Shown here one piece after another: positions 26,682 to 35,329 of a DNA stretch of 48,194 bases (the stretch's first letter is position 1; every line of letters begins with the position of its first letter). The stretch comes from a virus (lineage: Duplodnaviria; Caudoviricetes). The position numbers and the translations under genes are program-made. The stretch lies in IMG/VR virus record IMGVR_UViG_3300022917_000014, positions 1 to 48,194 of that record. One strand, written 5' to 3'. Below the pieces are notes generated by a model. The model did no database searches and was not told the origin of the DNA. It saw only the letters and a program-made list of their open reading frames with translations.

Positions 26682-27390
26682 TGCCTTCCAGTTTTTTCAG
26701 GTCCGGGAATTTGTCAAGGTAGGCCGCTTTCATATTGGAAAGGGCACCACCCAGGCCCATCACCCTGTCGTCCGGGTCTTTTGAGGCTTTGCGCTGTTCC
26801 GGGGTTGAAAATGGGGCAGGTATTACGATCTGGTTTTCTTCCCGCTCTATCTCTGCAGCGCGCTTGTCCTCGGCTGCCTGGCTGCGGCGCTTGTGGTATT
26901 GGTCCAGCAGTTCCATGATTACCTGAAGGTCCACGCGGTCGCGTATCATTCCTAACTGCCCGCGCTTTGCCTGGGTGAAAAATTGGGCGTAATCTTCCAG
27001 CCGGTAGTTGCCACACTCCTGCAGCATCATGGTCGCCGTCTCGATTATCTGGTCTTCATTCATATTGCGCACCACGTTCAGGCTGGCGCAGAAATCCCGC
27101 ACCATCACCGCCAGCATGAAAAGCATATTTGCAGCGCCATGAACCGGTAGAAGGTCGGATATTTTCGGATATTTGACCACTTCCAGGTAGTTGGGCTTAC
27201 CCTCGGGCATCAGTTCCAGCAGGACCACCTGGTACGTCGTTTTGGCCAGTGCTTTATTTTCCTCCGGGGTTTGCTCGTTGCTCAAAAGCAGCAGCGACGC
27301 CTGTAACTTTTCGGGCAAGGGCATCGTTTGTAACACCTCCGCCAGTTGCTTGTTTTCCATTGGCACTAACGCCATTTTGTTGTCGTTCAT
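26674..27390 (-). CDS. Putative helicase loader / replication-associated protein
   Basis: Directly downstream of the initiator (lambda O-P-like synteny); synteny only. Confidence 0.45.
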   Translation of the reverse strand: MNDNKMALVPMENKQLAEVLQTMPLPEKLQASLLLLSNEQTPEENKALAKTTYQVVLLELMPEGKPNYLEVVKYPKISDLLPVHGAANMLFMLAVMVRDFCASLNVVRNMNEDQIIETATMMLQECGNYRLEDYAQFFTQAKRGQLGMIRDRVDLQVIMELLDQYHKRRSQAAEDKRAAEIEREENQIVIPAPFSTPEQRKASKDPDDRVMGLGGALSNMKAAYLDKFPDLKKLEGNG

Positions 27391-28204
27391 TTGCTTTTTT
27401 GATTTGGGTTATGATATTTTGAATATTGGAATTAATATCCAGTAGCCTGGTCTTTGCCTGCAGGAAAGCGTCGAGCTTATGCCACTCGTTCAGGATAAAC
27501 GCCCAGGCTTCCAGCACCTTCGCGTCCAAGTTGTCGCCTTCCAGCGGGTGGCCATCCTTTTGCGCGCGCGCCTGCACGATCTTCTGGAAGTACTGTATTA
27601 GCGATTTGGCGGCGGTCCCGGCGGCACCATCATATTTTGGCGGCACCCCGTTCATTGCCGTGTACCACTTATCGTATATGTCAATGAAGCCCTGGTATAA
27701 GTTGCTTTTTTTCTCACTGCGGGTTTTCGCCTGTTCCGGCATTGGGGCACCCTTGTCCTCAGACAAGGGAATAGTACTTTGTTTATTAGTACTTTTTTTA
27801 TTAGTTCTTTGTCCCTTAGTACTTAGTAGTGGGCTGGTTTCCGGCTGTGGGATACCCGGCTGCAGTGTTTCCGGCTGTCGGGTTTCCGCACACTGATTAT
27901 CTACCGTTTTCTGCGGGTAATCATATACAATGTAGGTGATTTCCGGCAGCTTGCCCTTTCCGCCACCGTCTTTGACTGTTACAATATAACCAGCACTTTC
28001 AAGCTCCGACCAGGCTGCCCGGATAGCGTCGCGCCCCTCCTTAAGATTTTCATAAAGCCACGTTTTGTATAACACCCAGTCATTCGGTAGCTGCAGGATA
28101 GTAGTAAGCAGACCCACTGCGCGAAGGGATAGACCAGACTTAAAAACCACGTTCGGTATGATGGTAAAGTCTTTTTTTCGCTTCTCTCTGTTAATTCTGT
28201 TCAT
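27254..28204 (-). CDS. Replication initiator / replisome organiser (N-terminal wHTH)
   Basis: DFTIIPN...LS..A.GL...IL.LP.DW...ELE.AGYI; internal iterons. Confidence 0.8.
   Translation of the reverse strand: MNRINREKRKKDFTIIPNVVFKSGLSLRAVGLLTTILQLPNDWVLYKTWLYENLKEGRDAIRAAWSELESAGYIVTVKDGGGKGKLPEITYIVYDYPQKTVDNQCAETRQPETLQPGIPQPETSPLLSTKGQRTNKKSTNKQSTIPLSEDKGAPMPEQAKTRSEKKSNLYQGFIDIYDKWYTAMNGVPPKYDGAAGTAAKSLIQYFQKIVQARAQKDGHPLEGDNLDAKVLEAWAFILNEWHKLDAFLQAKTRLLDINSNIQNIITQIKKANERQQNGVSANGKQATGGGVTNDALARKVTGVAAAFEQRANPGGK
27771..27895. repeat. Putative replication origin: four 15-bp GC-rich iterons plus four 15-bp AT-rich repeats
   Basis: GGTTTCCGGCTGTGG / GATACCCGGCTGCAG / TGTTTCCGGCTGTCG / GGTTTCCGCACACTG (27836-27895); TAGT(A/T)CTT recurring every 15 bp (27771-27830). 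Confidence 0.7.
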
Positions 28205-28214
28205 TATGGGAAAA

Positions 28215-28259
28215 TAAAAAACCCTTGACGTTGGGGAGGCCGCCCCGCTGTCAAAGGTT
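28215..28259 (-). terminator. Terminator/attenuator in the initiator leader
   Basis: AACCTTTGAC...GTCAAGGGTT-TTTT between the promoter (28288) and the ATG (28204). Confidence 0.65.
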
Positions 28260-28336
28260 CTTAACTCGTTACCGTATGGGTATGGTGCAAATATAGTTCC
28301 CGGCCTGGAATTATACGCGCACGGATCAAAATAACA

Positions 28337-29371
28337 CTATTTTTCTTTCACTTTATTGAGAAATCTACGCACACCATTAGCATCGGTTTTCCACGAAATA
28401 TACCCACTTGTCCCCCAGTCCATACGGTCGGCGCCATCCCTCAATACCTGCTTTAGCTGGTTTTCTTTCAGCCTGGCAGTGTTCTGCAGTTCGGTAATGC
28501 GGCTTTTTACGTCCAGGTGTTCCCGCGCGATCTGCAAATTTTCCAGCGTGCCGGCCATCTCGCCCGGGCGGGCAATGCGGTACTTTTCCTTTAAGAAATC
28601 ACTGTACGCCTCGCTACCGTCTGGCTCCGGCTCTATCTTCTGCAGCTTTGCATTGCATTCGTCCACCAATCGCTGGTTGTGGTTGCGCATTGCATCATAC
28701 CGGACTGTGGCCAGCCTGCGGCCTTCGACCACCCGGTCCCAAAACTCTTTAGTTCGGTCGATGATGGCACCGCAAATACTTTTGTTATAGGTGAAGGGCA
28801 GCACATTGAACTCGCGGCCATTCTTAAGGGTGGCCAGCTCCCCGTGGTCGAACTCACACACAAGTAGCTGCGTCTGCACCTGTACGACGTGACTGGGTGG
28901 TATACCGCCCTCCCATTTGTCACTTTCATGCCCGGCGATGGTCTTCAATTCCAGGGCACCCTCGCCCCGGGCGGTCGTCTTGTTGATCTTCCTATCCAGG
29001 CTCACGAATAGCCACGGATAGGCGGGGTTCTGCACGTAGGCGTTGACCTTCTGGCACCTGCGTACGACGTTTTTAGACCGGTAGTTTTTGATCATTGTAG
29101 CCACATGATCATCTGCAGCGTGCGGGTCCCAATACTGCCACATATCTGCCAGCAGGGGCTCCTGTTCCTTGCCCATAAACATGTAGATGTTTTCCACATT
29201 GTACCCAATGTCCTCGCCGATCTTCTCGTAATACAGTTCTATGCTGCTTTTGTACGGGTTGAACCCCATCACGGTGCCCACGTCACTGGCACCAATGCCG
29301 CGCGTTCTGAACCGTAGCCAATCCTCCTGCGACATGTCAGTGGTCGGCGTCAGTAATAACTTTGATTTCAT
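28337..29371 (-). CDS. YqaJ-like (lambda-exo family) recombination exonuclease
   Basis: WL..R..GIGASD, SLDR, LELKT and QVQ.QL motifs. Confidence 0.9.
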   Translation of the reverse strand: MKSKLLLTPTTDMSQEDWLRFRTRGIGASDVGTVMGFNPYKSSIELYYEKIGEDIGYNVENIYMFMGKEQEPLLADMWQYWDPHAADDHVATMIKNYRSKNVVRRCQKVNAYVQNPAYPWLFVSLDRKINKTTARGEGALELKTIAGHESDKWEGGIPPSHVVQVQTQLLVCEFDHGELATLKNGREFNVLPFTYNKSICGAIIDRTKEFWDRVVEGRRLATVRYDAMRNHNQRLVDECNAKLQKIEPEPDGSEAYSDFLKEKYRIARPGEMAGTLENLQIAREHLDVKSRITELQNTARLKENQLKQVLRDGADRMDWGTSGYISWKTDANGVRRFLNKVKEK

Positions 29372-29399
29372 GGTAAAAATGCTTTGAGTTGGTGAAGAT

Positions 29400-29429
29400 A
29401 AAAAAACACGGCGGCTTTCCCCGCCGTGT
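29400..29429 (-). terminator. Intrinsic terminator
   Basis: ACACGGCGG-GGAAAG-CCGCCGTGT-TTTTTT. Confidence 0.8.
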
Positions 29430-29525
29430 ATGGGCCCAATTGTACACCGTTGCCAATAGCCCACTGCGTCAGCATGTAATGGCCACCGGCGCTGACGTGA
29501 TGTACAATGTCTTAAAATAAGTTTG

Positions 29526-29556
29526 AAAAAATGGGGGTGGTAAGCACTGCACCCCC
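29526..29556 (-). terminator. Intrinsic terminator after recT
   Basis: GGGGGTG...CACCCCC-ATTTTTT. Confidence 0.7.
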
Positions 29557-29578
29557 TGTGGTTGGCTTCTCATGTGTC

Positions 29579-30439
29579 CTATTTGGCTGCAGCGGCTCCG
29601 CCCTTCTTTGCGCCTCCCTTACCCTTGCCTGCACCGCCATTAATAGCGTCCTCTGTGGCCTGGGTAGCGGCTGCGGCTCTGTCCTCGGCGGTTTCCTCGT
29701 TGTCTTCGTATGTCACGTCCAGGGTATCAGCATCATTGACGATGGCCTGGTCTACTTTCAGGGCTGTTTGAAGCTCTACGGACAGTATGCCCCACTTTGA
29801 CAGCAGTAACTTAACCATGGTCTTTTTAGCCATGTCGTCGAAGTTGTTGCGCCACTGTCCGTCCGGGTGTTCATAGGACTTGCTGTACTTTTTGGCGTGG
29901 TTGGTCACTTTCTCCTTTGACCAGTACATAGTCTTTTCAAAGCCGTTGATGAGCCGGAAAAAGGAACAGTACCCGACGATCTTGCCGGCACCTTCCACGT
30001 TGAAATCCGCGTCCAGTTCCTCGGTTAAGGCATTCCAGCCCTTAAACTGATTTTCGTACACTTCCACCACGTTCAGGCGGCTGTACTGGGCAGTCCTCAA
30101 ACCCAGTTGAATAAAGCCCTTGTACCCCATCTGGAATTGGGCACGGCCGCTATAGGGCACGATCCAGGCAAACCCCAAATTTTGGTTAATGGGCAGGTCC
30201 AGGGTCGCAGCGGTGGCCGCAGCGTTGAATATACTCATCGGGTCGGCCTTCATTAACTTGTCGTTGCCGTTGGCCACCTGCAGGATTGACGATATGAAAC
30301 CGGCGGCCTTCTTACCCAGTATTTCCTGGAACTTCTGTTTTACCGTGTCGCTGTTCATAAGCGACTTAAGCGTGGGCGGCTGCTTTGCCACCTGACCAGT
30401 GACTACGGCCTGCGCCGACTGTTGTTGTTGCTCGTCCAT
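29579..30439 (-). CDS. recT: RecT-family single-strand annealing protein
   Basis: LDLPINQNLGFAWIVPY..AQFQMGYKGFIQL..R and W...FDDMAKKT motifs; paired with YqaJ. Confidence 0.92.
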   Translation of the reverse strand: MDEQQQQSAQAVVTGQVAKQPPTLKSLMNSDTVKQKFQEILGKKAAGFISSILQVANGNDKLMKADPMSIFNAAATAATLDLPINQNLGFAWIVPYSGRAQFQMGYKGFIQLGLRTAQYSRLNVVEVYENQFKGWNALTEELDADFNVEGAGKIVGYCSFFRLINGFEKTMYWSKEKVTNHAKKYSKSYEHPDGQWRNNFDDMAKKTMVKLLLSKWGILSVELQTALKVDQAIVNDADTLDVTYEDNEETAEDRAAAATQATEDAINGGAGKGKGGAKKGGAAAAK

Positions 30440-30471
30440 AATGGGCGTATTGTGTTGGTGAATAAACTGGG

Positions 30472-30726
30472 TTAAGCCTGATCTGCCATTGCATTCATGG
30501 TAGCGGCAGCACTCTTTTCTGCAGTCAGCCGGTCCATAAAGAACTTGTTAATCAGGTCCGGCAGTTCTGGAACGGTCACGTAACCGTAGTTAAGAGCCCG
30601 GCGAATTGTTGGCCCGCTGTACTCAATCACTTTCCGCATTTCCAGCACGTCCCCGCGCCTCATAAGCCGCTGCCATGTCTGGTGAAGTTCTGCACTGATC
30701 GTGCATGGATACTCTGTTTTAGCCAT
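30472..30726 (-). CDS. Small putative HTH regulator
   Basis: 84 aa; GD..EM....YSGPTIRRALN HTH-like segment. Confidence 0.45.
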   Translation of the reverse strand: MAKTEYPCTISAELHQTWQRLMRRGDVLEMRKVIEYSGPTIRRALNYGYVTVPELPDLINKFFMDRLTAEKSAAATMNAMADQA

Positions 30727-30800
30727 TGTGTAAGATATTTGAAAGCGAAAGTAAAGAAAAGAGAAAAGAAAACAAAATAATAAAGTAACTGGAAGGGAAT

Positions 30801-30831
30801 AAAAAAGCCTGAACCGGTTAAGGTCCAGGCT
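30801..30831 (-). terminator. Intrinsic terminator
   Basis: AGCCTGGACC-TTAACC-GGTTCAGGCT-TTTTT. Confidence 0.8.
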
Positions 30832-30882
30832 GCCAGCTATGCCAATGTAAACGCAGATACCTGTACCAAATGTAAGTACTTT

Positions 30883-31392
30883 TTAACGAAAACCAAGTGT
30901 TTCCAGGCCCCCCCGGGTAACATTGTCAAAGCCTGCCAGGGCTACCTGCGCGTTGTCCATTTGCCCCTTAAACCGCTGGTAATCTTCCTGTAGTGCCTCC
31001 ACTCGGCGCGACCTATCCAGCCGTAGCTCTTTTTGCACCTGGGCAAACACTTCGTTTTGATCACCGACGTGTAACTGGCGAATGGCCGTTAACACTTCGC
31101 CGGTAACTTCCTGCGGCGACTTCTGTATCGCGCAGCAGTTCTGCACATACATCTGTGCCTCATTCCTTCCGGCTGCCAGACCCTCCTGGTAGGCTTTTTC
31201 CTGGGCCTCTTTGAACATCAGGGCCAACTTGTCGGGGAACAGGCCATTTTCGACCACGTATACCTCGTCTCCAAGATTGTGGATAGTGTAAATTTTACCG
31301 GCTGGAATAGTTACCCGCATGGGATCGGCGATGTTTCGCAACCGTGGGTTGCTGGTGCCCTTCTTAGTGGCGGCTTTTTTGTTGTTTGCCAT
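30883..31392 (-). CDS. Hypothetical protein
   Basis: MANNKK..., 169 aa. Confidence 0.6.
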   Translation of the reverse strand: MANNKKAATKKGTSNPRLRNIADPMRVTIPAGKIYTIHNLGDEVYVVENGLFPDKLALMFKEAQEKAYQEGLAAGRNEAQMYVQNCCAIQKSPQEVTGEVLTAIRQLHVGDQNEVFAQVQKELRLDRSRRVEALQEDYQRFKGQMDNAQVALAGFDNVTRGGLETLGFR

Positions 31393-31423
31393 AGTATGAA
31401 AAACCGGGATACGCCCGGCACGT

Positions 31424-31666
31424 TTAAATGCGGTAGGAGACATTAAAAACCTTGTGGTAGGTCCGGTTAATGCTGCAAAATATATCACAGTTATTAGTCC
31501 GGCGGTTGTATGGAAGTAATGGCCGTACCCGGTTTTCTACAAACTCGTTCACCTCCTGTTTGAATTTCCAGGCCGGTAAAGACCGCATGTACTCAATCTC
31601 AGCGCGCAGCATGTACACCACTTCCTCTCGGTCTCGCTTGCGCTCCCTGGTGGCCTTATTCTTCAT
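31424..31666 (-). CDS. Hypothetical protein
   Basis: MKNKAT..., 80 aa. Confidence 0.5.
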   Translation of the reverse strand: MKNKATRERKRDREEVVYMLRAEIEYMRSLPAWKFKQEVNEFVENRVRPLLPYNRRTNNCDIFCSINRTYHKVFNVSYRI

Positions 31667-32042
31667 TGTACCGTGTGGGTATGTTGTCGATAAAGGTGTG
31701 TACATCGCCCTGGGTGTGCTTACCGCCATACAGTGCCATTTCTGTCACGATCTCATGAATTAGGGCCTTGCTGTCCGGTAGGGGTAGCTTGTTATAAATC
31801 TCGTCGAAAGCCTTAGCCTTCACATCAGCAATGTAAAAACGGCGCATGATCACCGGTTCCGGGTCATCATTGGGGAGGTCGACCAGGTGCCGCACCCTTT
31901 CCGCCACCACCCCCTGCGCCATATCCACATAGTCGGTATCTGTCATCTGGCGGGCCTCCAAGTGTTTATACAGGTCCAGCCAGCTAAAAATGTTAAAGTA
32001 AACCCCTAACTCGAAAAGGGTGGTGTTTGAAGGTATATACAT
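31656..32042 (-). CDS. Hypothetical protein
   Basis: 128 aa ORF. Confidence 0.6.
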   Translation of the reverse strand: MYIPSNTTLFELGVYFNIFSWLDLYKHLEARQMTDTDYVDMAQGVVAERVRHLVDLPNDDPEPVIMRRFYIADVKAKAFDEIYNKLPLPDSKALIHEIVTEMALYGGKHTQGDVHTFIDNIPTRYNEE

Positions 32043-32078
32043 GATATTAGTGCAGGGAAAAGCCCCTGCAGGGCCCTT

Positions 32079-32474
32079 TTACTGTTCCTCAAATACTGTG
32101 TCTTCTATATCATCCCCACCGGCACCAAGCTGAAGGGCCTGCACCTGAGCCAGAAACGCCTCTGTTTCTTCTTTGATGTATGCAGGTAGCCAGGCAGTGC
32201 GCAGGTTATCCATATACGGGCTGCTGGCCACACTTCTGTACACGGTATTGTTGATCTCGAACTGGAAAACCCAATAAGGGCCCTTACTGTCTTTAGCGGC
32301 TGTATCCTGACCCTCGGCTTTTACCATGTCAAATGTTAAGTAGGGCGTTTTGGCAGTATCGGCCAGTATCCGGTTGGTTCGTATGAAAGATGATATTTTG
32401 GCCAAATCAGTGTCCAGCCTTTTACCTGCACGCTCGTTGATGTAATCCTGCAGGCTGTCAATGGTGATGTTCAT
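32079..32474 (-). CDS. Hypothetical protein
   Basis: 131 aa ORF. Confidence 0.6.
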   Translation of the reverse strand: MNITIDSLQDYINERAGKRLDTDLAKISSFIRTNRILADTAKTPYLTFDMVKAEGQDTAAKDSKGPYWVFQFEINNTVYRSVASSPYMDNLRTAWLPAYIKEETEAFLAQVQALQLGAGGDDIEDTVFEEQ

Positions 32475-32505
32475 GGTAGTAATGCCCAGTACCGCCGGGC
32501 GCGGT

Positions 32506-32727
32506 TTATGCGTTATTTAAAACAGACTGAAGCCATTCAACGGCATCATTGATTGGCTTTTTTATATGCTCCGTATTTGCATCGGAAAGGGTAGCTAAAA
32601 TTACATTGCAATCATCTGTAGGCAGATTGCTGGTCACTGTGCAAATTTTAGCATAAACTTTATGTGGCTCAACTGATTGCAGTTTGGCAAGGCAATACAA
32701 TAATGCCTTTTTTTCCAATGGGCTCAT
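32506..32727 (-). CDS. Hypothetical protein
   Basis: 73 aa, AT-rich ORF. Confidence 0.55.
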   Translation of the reverse strand: MSPLEKKALLYCLAKLQSVEPHKVYAKICTVTSNLPTDDCNVILATLSDANTEHIKKPINDAVEWLQSVLNNA

Positions 32728-32733
32728 TATGTT

Positions 32734-33171
32734 CTATTTAACATTGAAAAATACGCAAGTGGTGAAGTCTTTGGGAACCACGATGGTTATCTGTCTGGTG
32801 GCATACGGGTTGGTGGCGTCGATCACGTCCACGGTATAAGTACCCGGCACGATCTGCACACTACCGAACCCGCTGGCCCCGCACGCGGGCGCGCCCGCGC
32901 TATATGCAATACGGCCGTATTCTACGCCGTTGACCTTCGCGGTGATGACTTTGGTGGCAACTACCGCGTTCGTGGAAAATAAACGAACTGTGGCCTTACT
33001 GGCGGGCTCCGGGGCCCGGTTCTCAATTGTTGATTTACTGCAGGACGCCAGCAGCGCCAGGGCCAGTACAAGGTGCAGCCCTTTCTTTTTAGCTGGCAGG
33101 AAAACGTGGGTAATAATGAACAACGCCAGCATGATGCCGGCAGCGGTGAGGTTCAAAAGCAATGATTTCAT
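32734..33171 (-). CDS. Putative lipoprotein
   Basis: KKK-hydrophobic-LLASC-SKS lipobox preceded by an extra hydrophobic helix; beta-rich C-terminal domain. Confidence 0.65.
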   Translation of the reverse strand: MKSLLLNLTAAGIMLALFIITHVFLPAKKKGLHLVLALALLASCSKSTIENRAPEPASKATVRLFSTNAVVATKVITAKVNGVEYGRIAYSAGAPACGASGFGSVQIVPGTYTVDVIDATNPYATRQITIVVPKDFTTCVFFNVK

Positions 33172-33244
33172 GATGGTATATTTTACCCAAATGTAATAAA
33201 AAAGAAACAAAAAGAGAAAATAAAAGGAAATAAAAAGGAAATAT

Positions 33245-34543
33245 TTAGGACATATTTTTAAGAAACTTGTCTACCAGGTCAATACGTTTCCCTATCCACT
33301 CCATTACCGGAACGGCCATACTGTTTCCAATTAACTGATAACGAGAGGTATCACTGCATCCGGGAATATTGGTATAGCCATCAGGAAACCCTTGCAGGCG
33401 TTCGCATTCCAATGGCGTTAACCTGCGCACTGCAGGCACCAGAAAAATAGTGGATGTTTTTGTCAAAGACGGGGAAGGGTCGCCGGGTTGCGGATTTGAT
33501 CGGTTGTGAAAGCTGGTTATCTGGTTATATGGGTACGCAATAACATGTGAGTTCTTTGAGGCGTCTGCCCGCAAAGTGTTCTTTACATCTTGTTTTTTCC
33601 AATTTTCATTTAGAAGGCTGGCCGGTTCGTATAGTACTGCCTGCCCGTCGTTTCCGTTAGTGTCAAGTGTGTAAGCAATACCAGCCTCATTAATTCCTGA
33701 CCCACCTGCCCCATTGTTGGCCGTTCTTATTGCCATAGGAACTACATGCCCACTCATAGCACCGTCAGACCCAGGGAAACCGCCCCCCTTTGTCCTTGCG
33801 TCCAGTGTACCCACAATTACGTGTCCTGCTGCTGCGTCGTCTGCTCCTGGACTACGGCCTTTAGAGCGCGTGTTAAGTGCTCCGGCAATTTCTTCCCCCG
33901 CTTTTCTGCCCGCTTCAAAATTCCCTGGCATGCTGTTGGGCTCAAACAATACCGCTGCAGGTGGTCGCCAGTCACTTCCAAAATATCCGACAACGAAGAT
34001 GCGACGGCGTCGCTGTGGAACTCCGAAATATTGAGCGTCCAGCACCCTGTAGGCGCAACAATACCCGCATTCCCGAAACGCTGCAAGGATGGCTGCAAAA
34101 TCCGACGTTTCTGTAATATCTTCTGCGTATGTATGTCCAACTCCTGCCAGATTTGGACCGTCTGCCGCATTTGAGAAAGAACTAAGGGCACCGGGGACGT
34201 TTTCCCAAACAAACCAGCGGGGTCTCTTTGTAACCAGTATTCTACAATATTCAAGGGCAAGGTTGCCACGAATATCGGAAAGCCCCCCCCGTAATCCTGC
34301 GACGCTGAAAGATTGGCACGGGGTTCCTCCGACCAAAATGTCAATTGTACATTTTTGGAATTGCTCATTTTCGTGCAGTTTAAGCATATCCCCCAGGTTG
34401 GGTACATGCGGATAGTGATACTTTAATAGTTTGCAGGGGAAGGGTTCAATTTCTGAGAAAAAAGCAGGCTTCCATCCCAATGAATGCCAGGCCAGCGTTG
34501 CCGCCGATCCACCGGTACAAACGTCTCCATAAATCATACTCAT
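33245..34543 (-). CDS. C5-cytosine DNA methyltransferase
   Basis: GGTPCQ (IV), WENVPG (VI), QRRRRIF (VIII), RRLTPLECERLQGFP (IX) and GNSMAV (X). Confidence 0.93.
   Translation of the reverse strand: MSMIYGDVCTGGSAATLAWHSLGWKPAFFSEIEPFPCKLLKYHYPHVPNLGDMLKLHENEQFQKCTIDILVGGTPCQSFSVAGLRGGLSDIRGNLALEYCRILVTKRPRWFVWENVPGALSSFSNAADGPNLAGVGHTYAEDITETSDFAAILAAFRECGYCCAYRVLDAQYFGVPQRRRRIFVVGYFGSDWRPPAAVLFEPNSMPGNFEAGRKAGEEIAGALNTRSKGRSPGADDAAAGHVIVGTLDARTKGGGFPGSDGAMSGHVVPMAIRTANNGAGGSGINEAGIAYTLDTNGNDGQAVLYEPASLLNENWKKQDVKNTLRADASKNSHVIAYPYNQITSFHNRSNPQPGDPSPSLTKTSTIFLVPAVRRLTPLECERLQGFPDGYTNIPGCSDTSRYQLIGNSMAVPVMEWIGKRIDLVDKFLKNMS
33817..34368 (-). CDS. Nested +1-frame ORF, putative methyltransferase second (beta-like) subunit
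   Basis: 183 aa open frame wholly inside the MTase gene, ending SLSDILE...RYCLSPTACQGILKRAEKRGKKLP..L..AL. Confidence 0.6.
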   Translation of the reverse strand: MSNSKNVQLTFWSEEPRANLSASQDYGGGFPIFVATLPLNIVEYWLQRDPAGLFGKTSPVPLVLSQMRQTVQIWQELDIHTQKILQKRRILQPSLQRFGNAGIVAPTGCWTLNISEFHSDAVASSLSDILEVTGDHLQRYCLSPTACQGILKRAEKRGKKLPEHLTRALKAVVQEQTTQQQDT

Positions 34544-34866
34544 AACTCAGGATGTTCAATGTTGAAACCTAATACCGTGGTAGTCATTTCGTGCGGCGAT
34601 AATTTGTTCACTTCCCGCAGTTCGGCAATCAGGGTCAGCACACCCTCTACGGTCAGGTTGTTAATGAGGTTCCACTGAATACCAGCAGCCCACAGGTTGC
34701 GGCCGGTAACCTTCTGTAGTTTTTCAAATACCAGACGCTCATAATCGGGCAGTTGCTCCGTAATGGCGGCAATTTTCTGTTGTTGTTCGGTTTGCATAGT
34801 CTGAAGTTTTTGAGCTTGCCAGGCATTAAAGCGCGCAATGGCACGCATGGCGGTTGTTTTATACAT
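34540..34866 (-). CDS. Hypothetical protein
   Basis: 108 aa; ATGA coupling to the MTase. Confidence 0.6.
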   Translation of the reverse strand: MYKTTAMRAIARFNAWQAQKLQTMQTEQQQKIAAITEQLPDYERLVFEKLQKVTGRNLWAAGIQWNLINNLTVEGVLTLIAELREVNKLSPHEMTTTVLGFNIEHPEL

Positions 34867-34942
34867 GGGTTGGGTTTAGAGTTTAAAAAGGGCCGGGGCA
34901 TCACCCCCGGCCAGCCCGCAGTACTTCGCGGGAAACTACGGG

Positions 34943-35233
34943 CTAAAAGACTTTCGACCCGCCTATTTTGATACCTACCAGTTTAAGCCAGCCCAGTACG
35001 TACTCGGCTTCCTCAGCTTGTGTTTTGGCTTTCGGCAAATGGCCGCGCCATATCATATCCATGTAAGGGCCGTAAACATCGACGAAAATTTCAAAGTGTA
35101 CACCGCCTTTGATGTGTACCATGAAAGTGGGCTCTGTACTGTTCGGGCCGCTGTTGTCGATTATGTGGATAGTTCCACAACGAATGGGGCCGATCTTTTT
35201 AAGTAGGTCGTAAAGCTCTCTTTTCTTACTCAT
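34943..35233 (-). CDS. Hypothetical protein (first early gene)
   Basis: ATG at 35233 downstream of the promoter box at 35264. Confidence 0.6.
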   Translation of the reverse strand: MSKKRELYDLLKKIGPIRCGTIHIIDNSGPNSTEPTFMVHIKGGVHFEIFVDVYGPYMDMIWRGHLPKAKTQAEEAEYVLGWLKLVGIKIGGSKVF

Positions 35234-35329
35234 TTTGCGAAGTTTTTGTGTGATTTGATACGTCAAATGTACACACTTTTGAAATAAAAAGGAAAAGAAA
35301 AGGAAACTATTTTATAAATAAGTGGAAAT

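Noticed and set aside
27771-27895. CRISPR array
   Set aside because: The units are 15-bp, degenerate, lack spacers and lie in frame inside a CDS.
22495-29520. tRNA, riboswitch or ribozyme identity for the structured intergenic elements at ~22.5 kb and ~29.45 kb
   Set aside because: I could not match a cloverleaf/T-loop, hammerhead core, twister, HDV-like or c-di-GMP consensus by eye.
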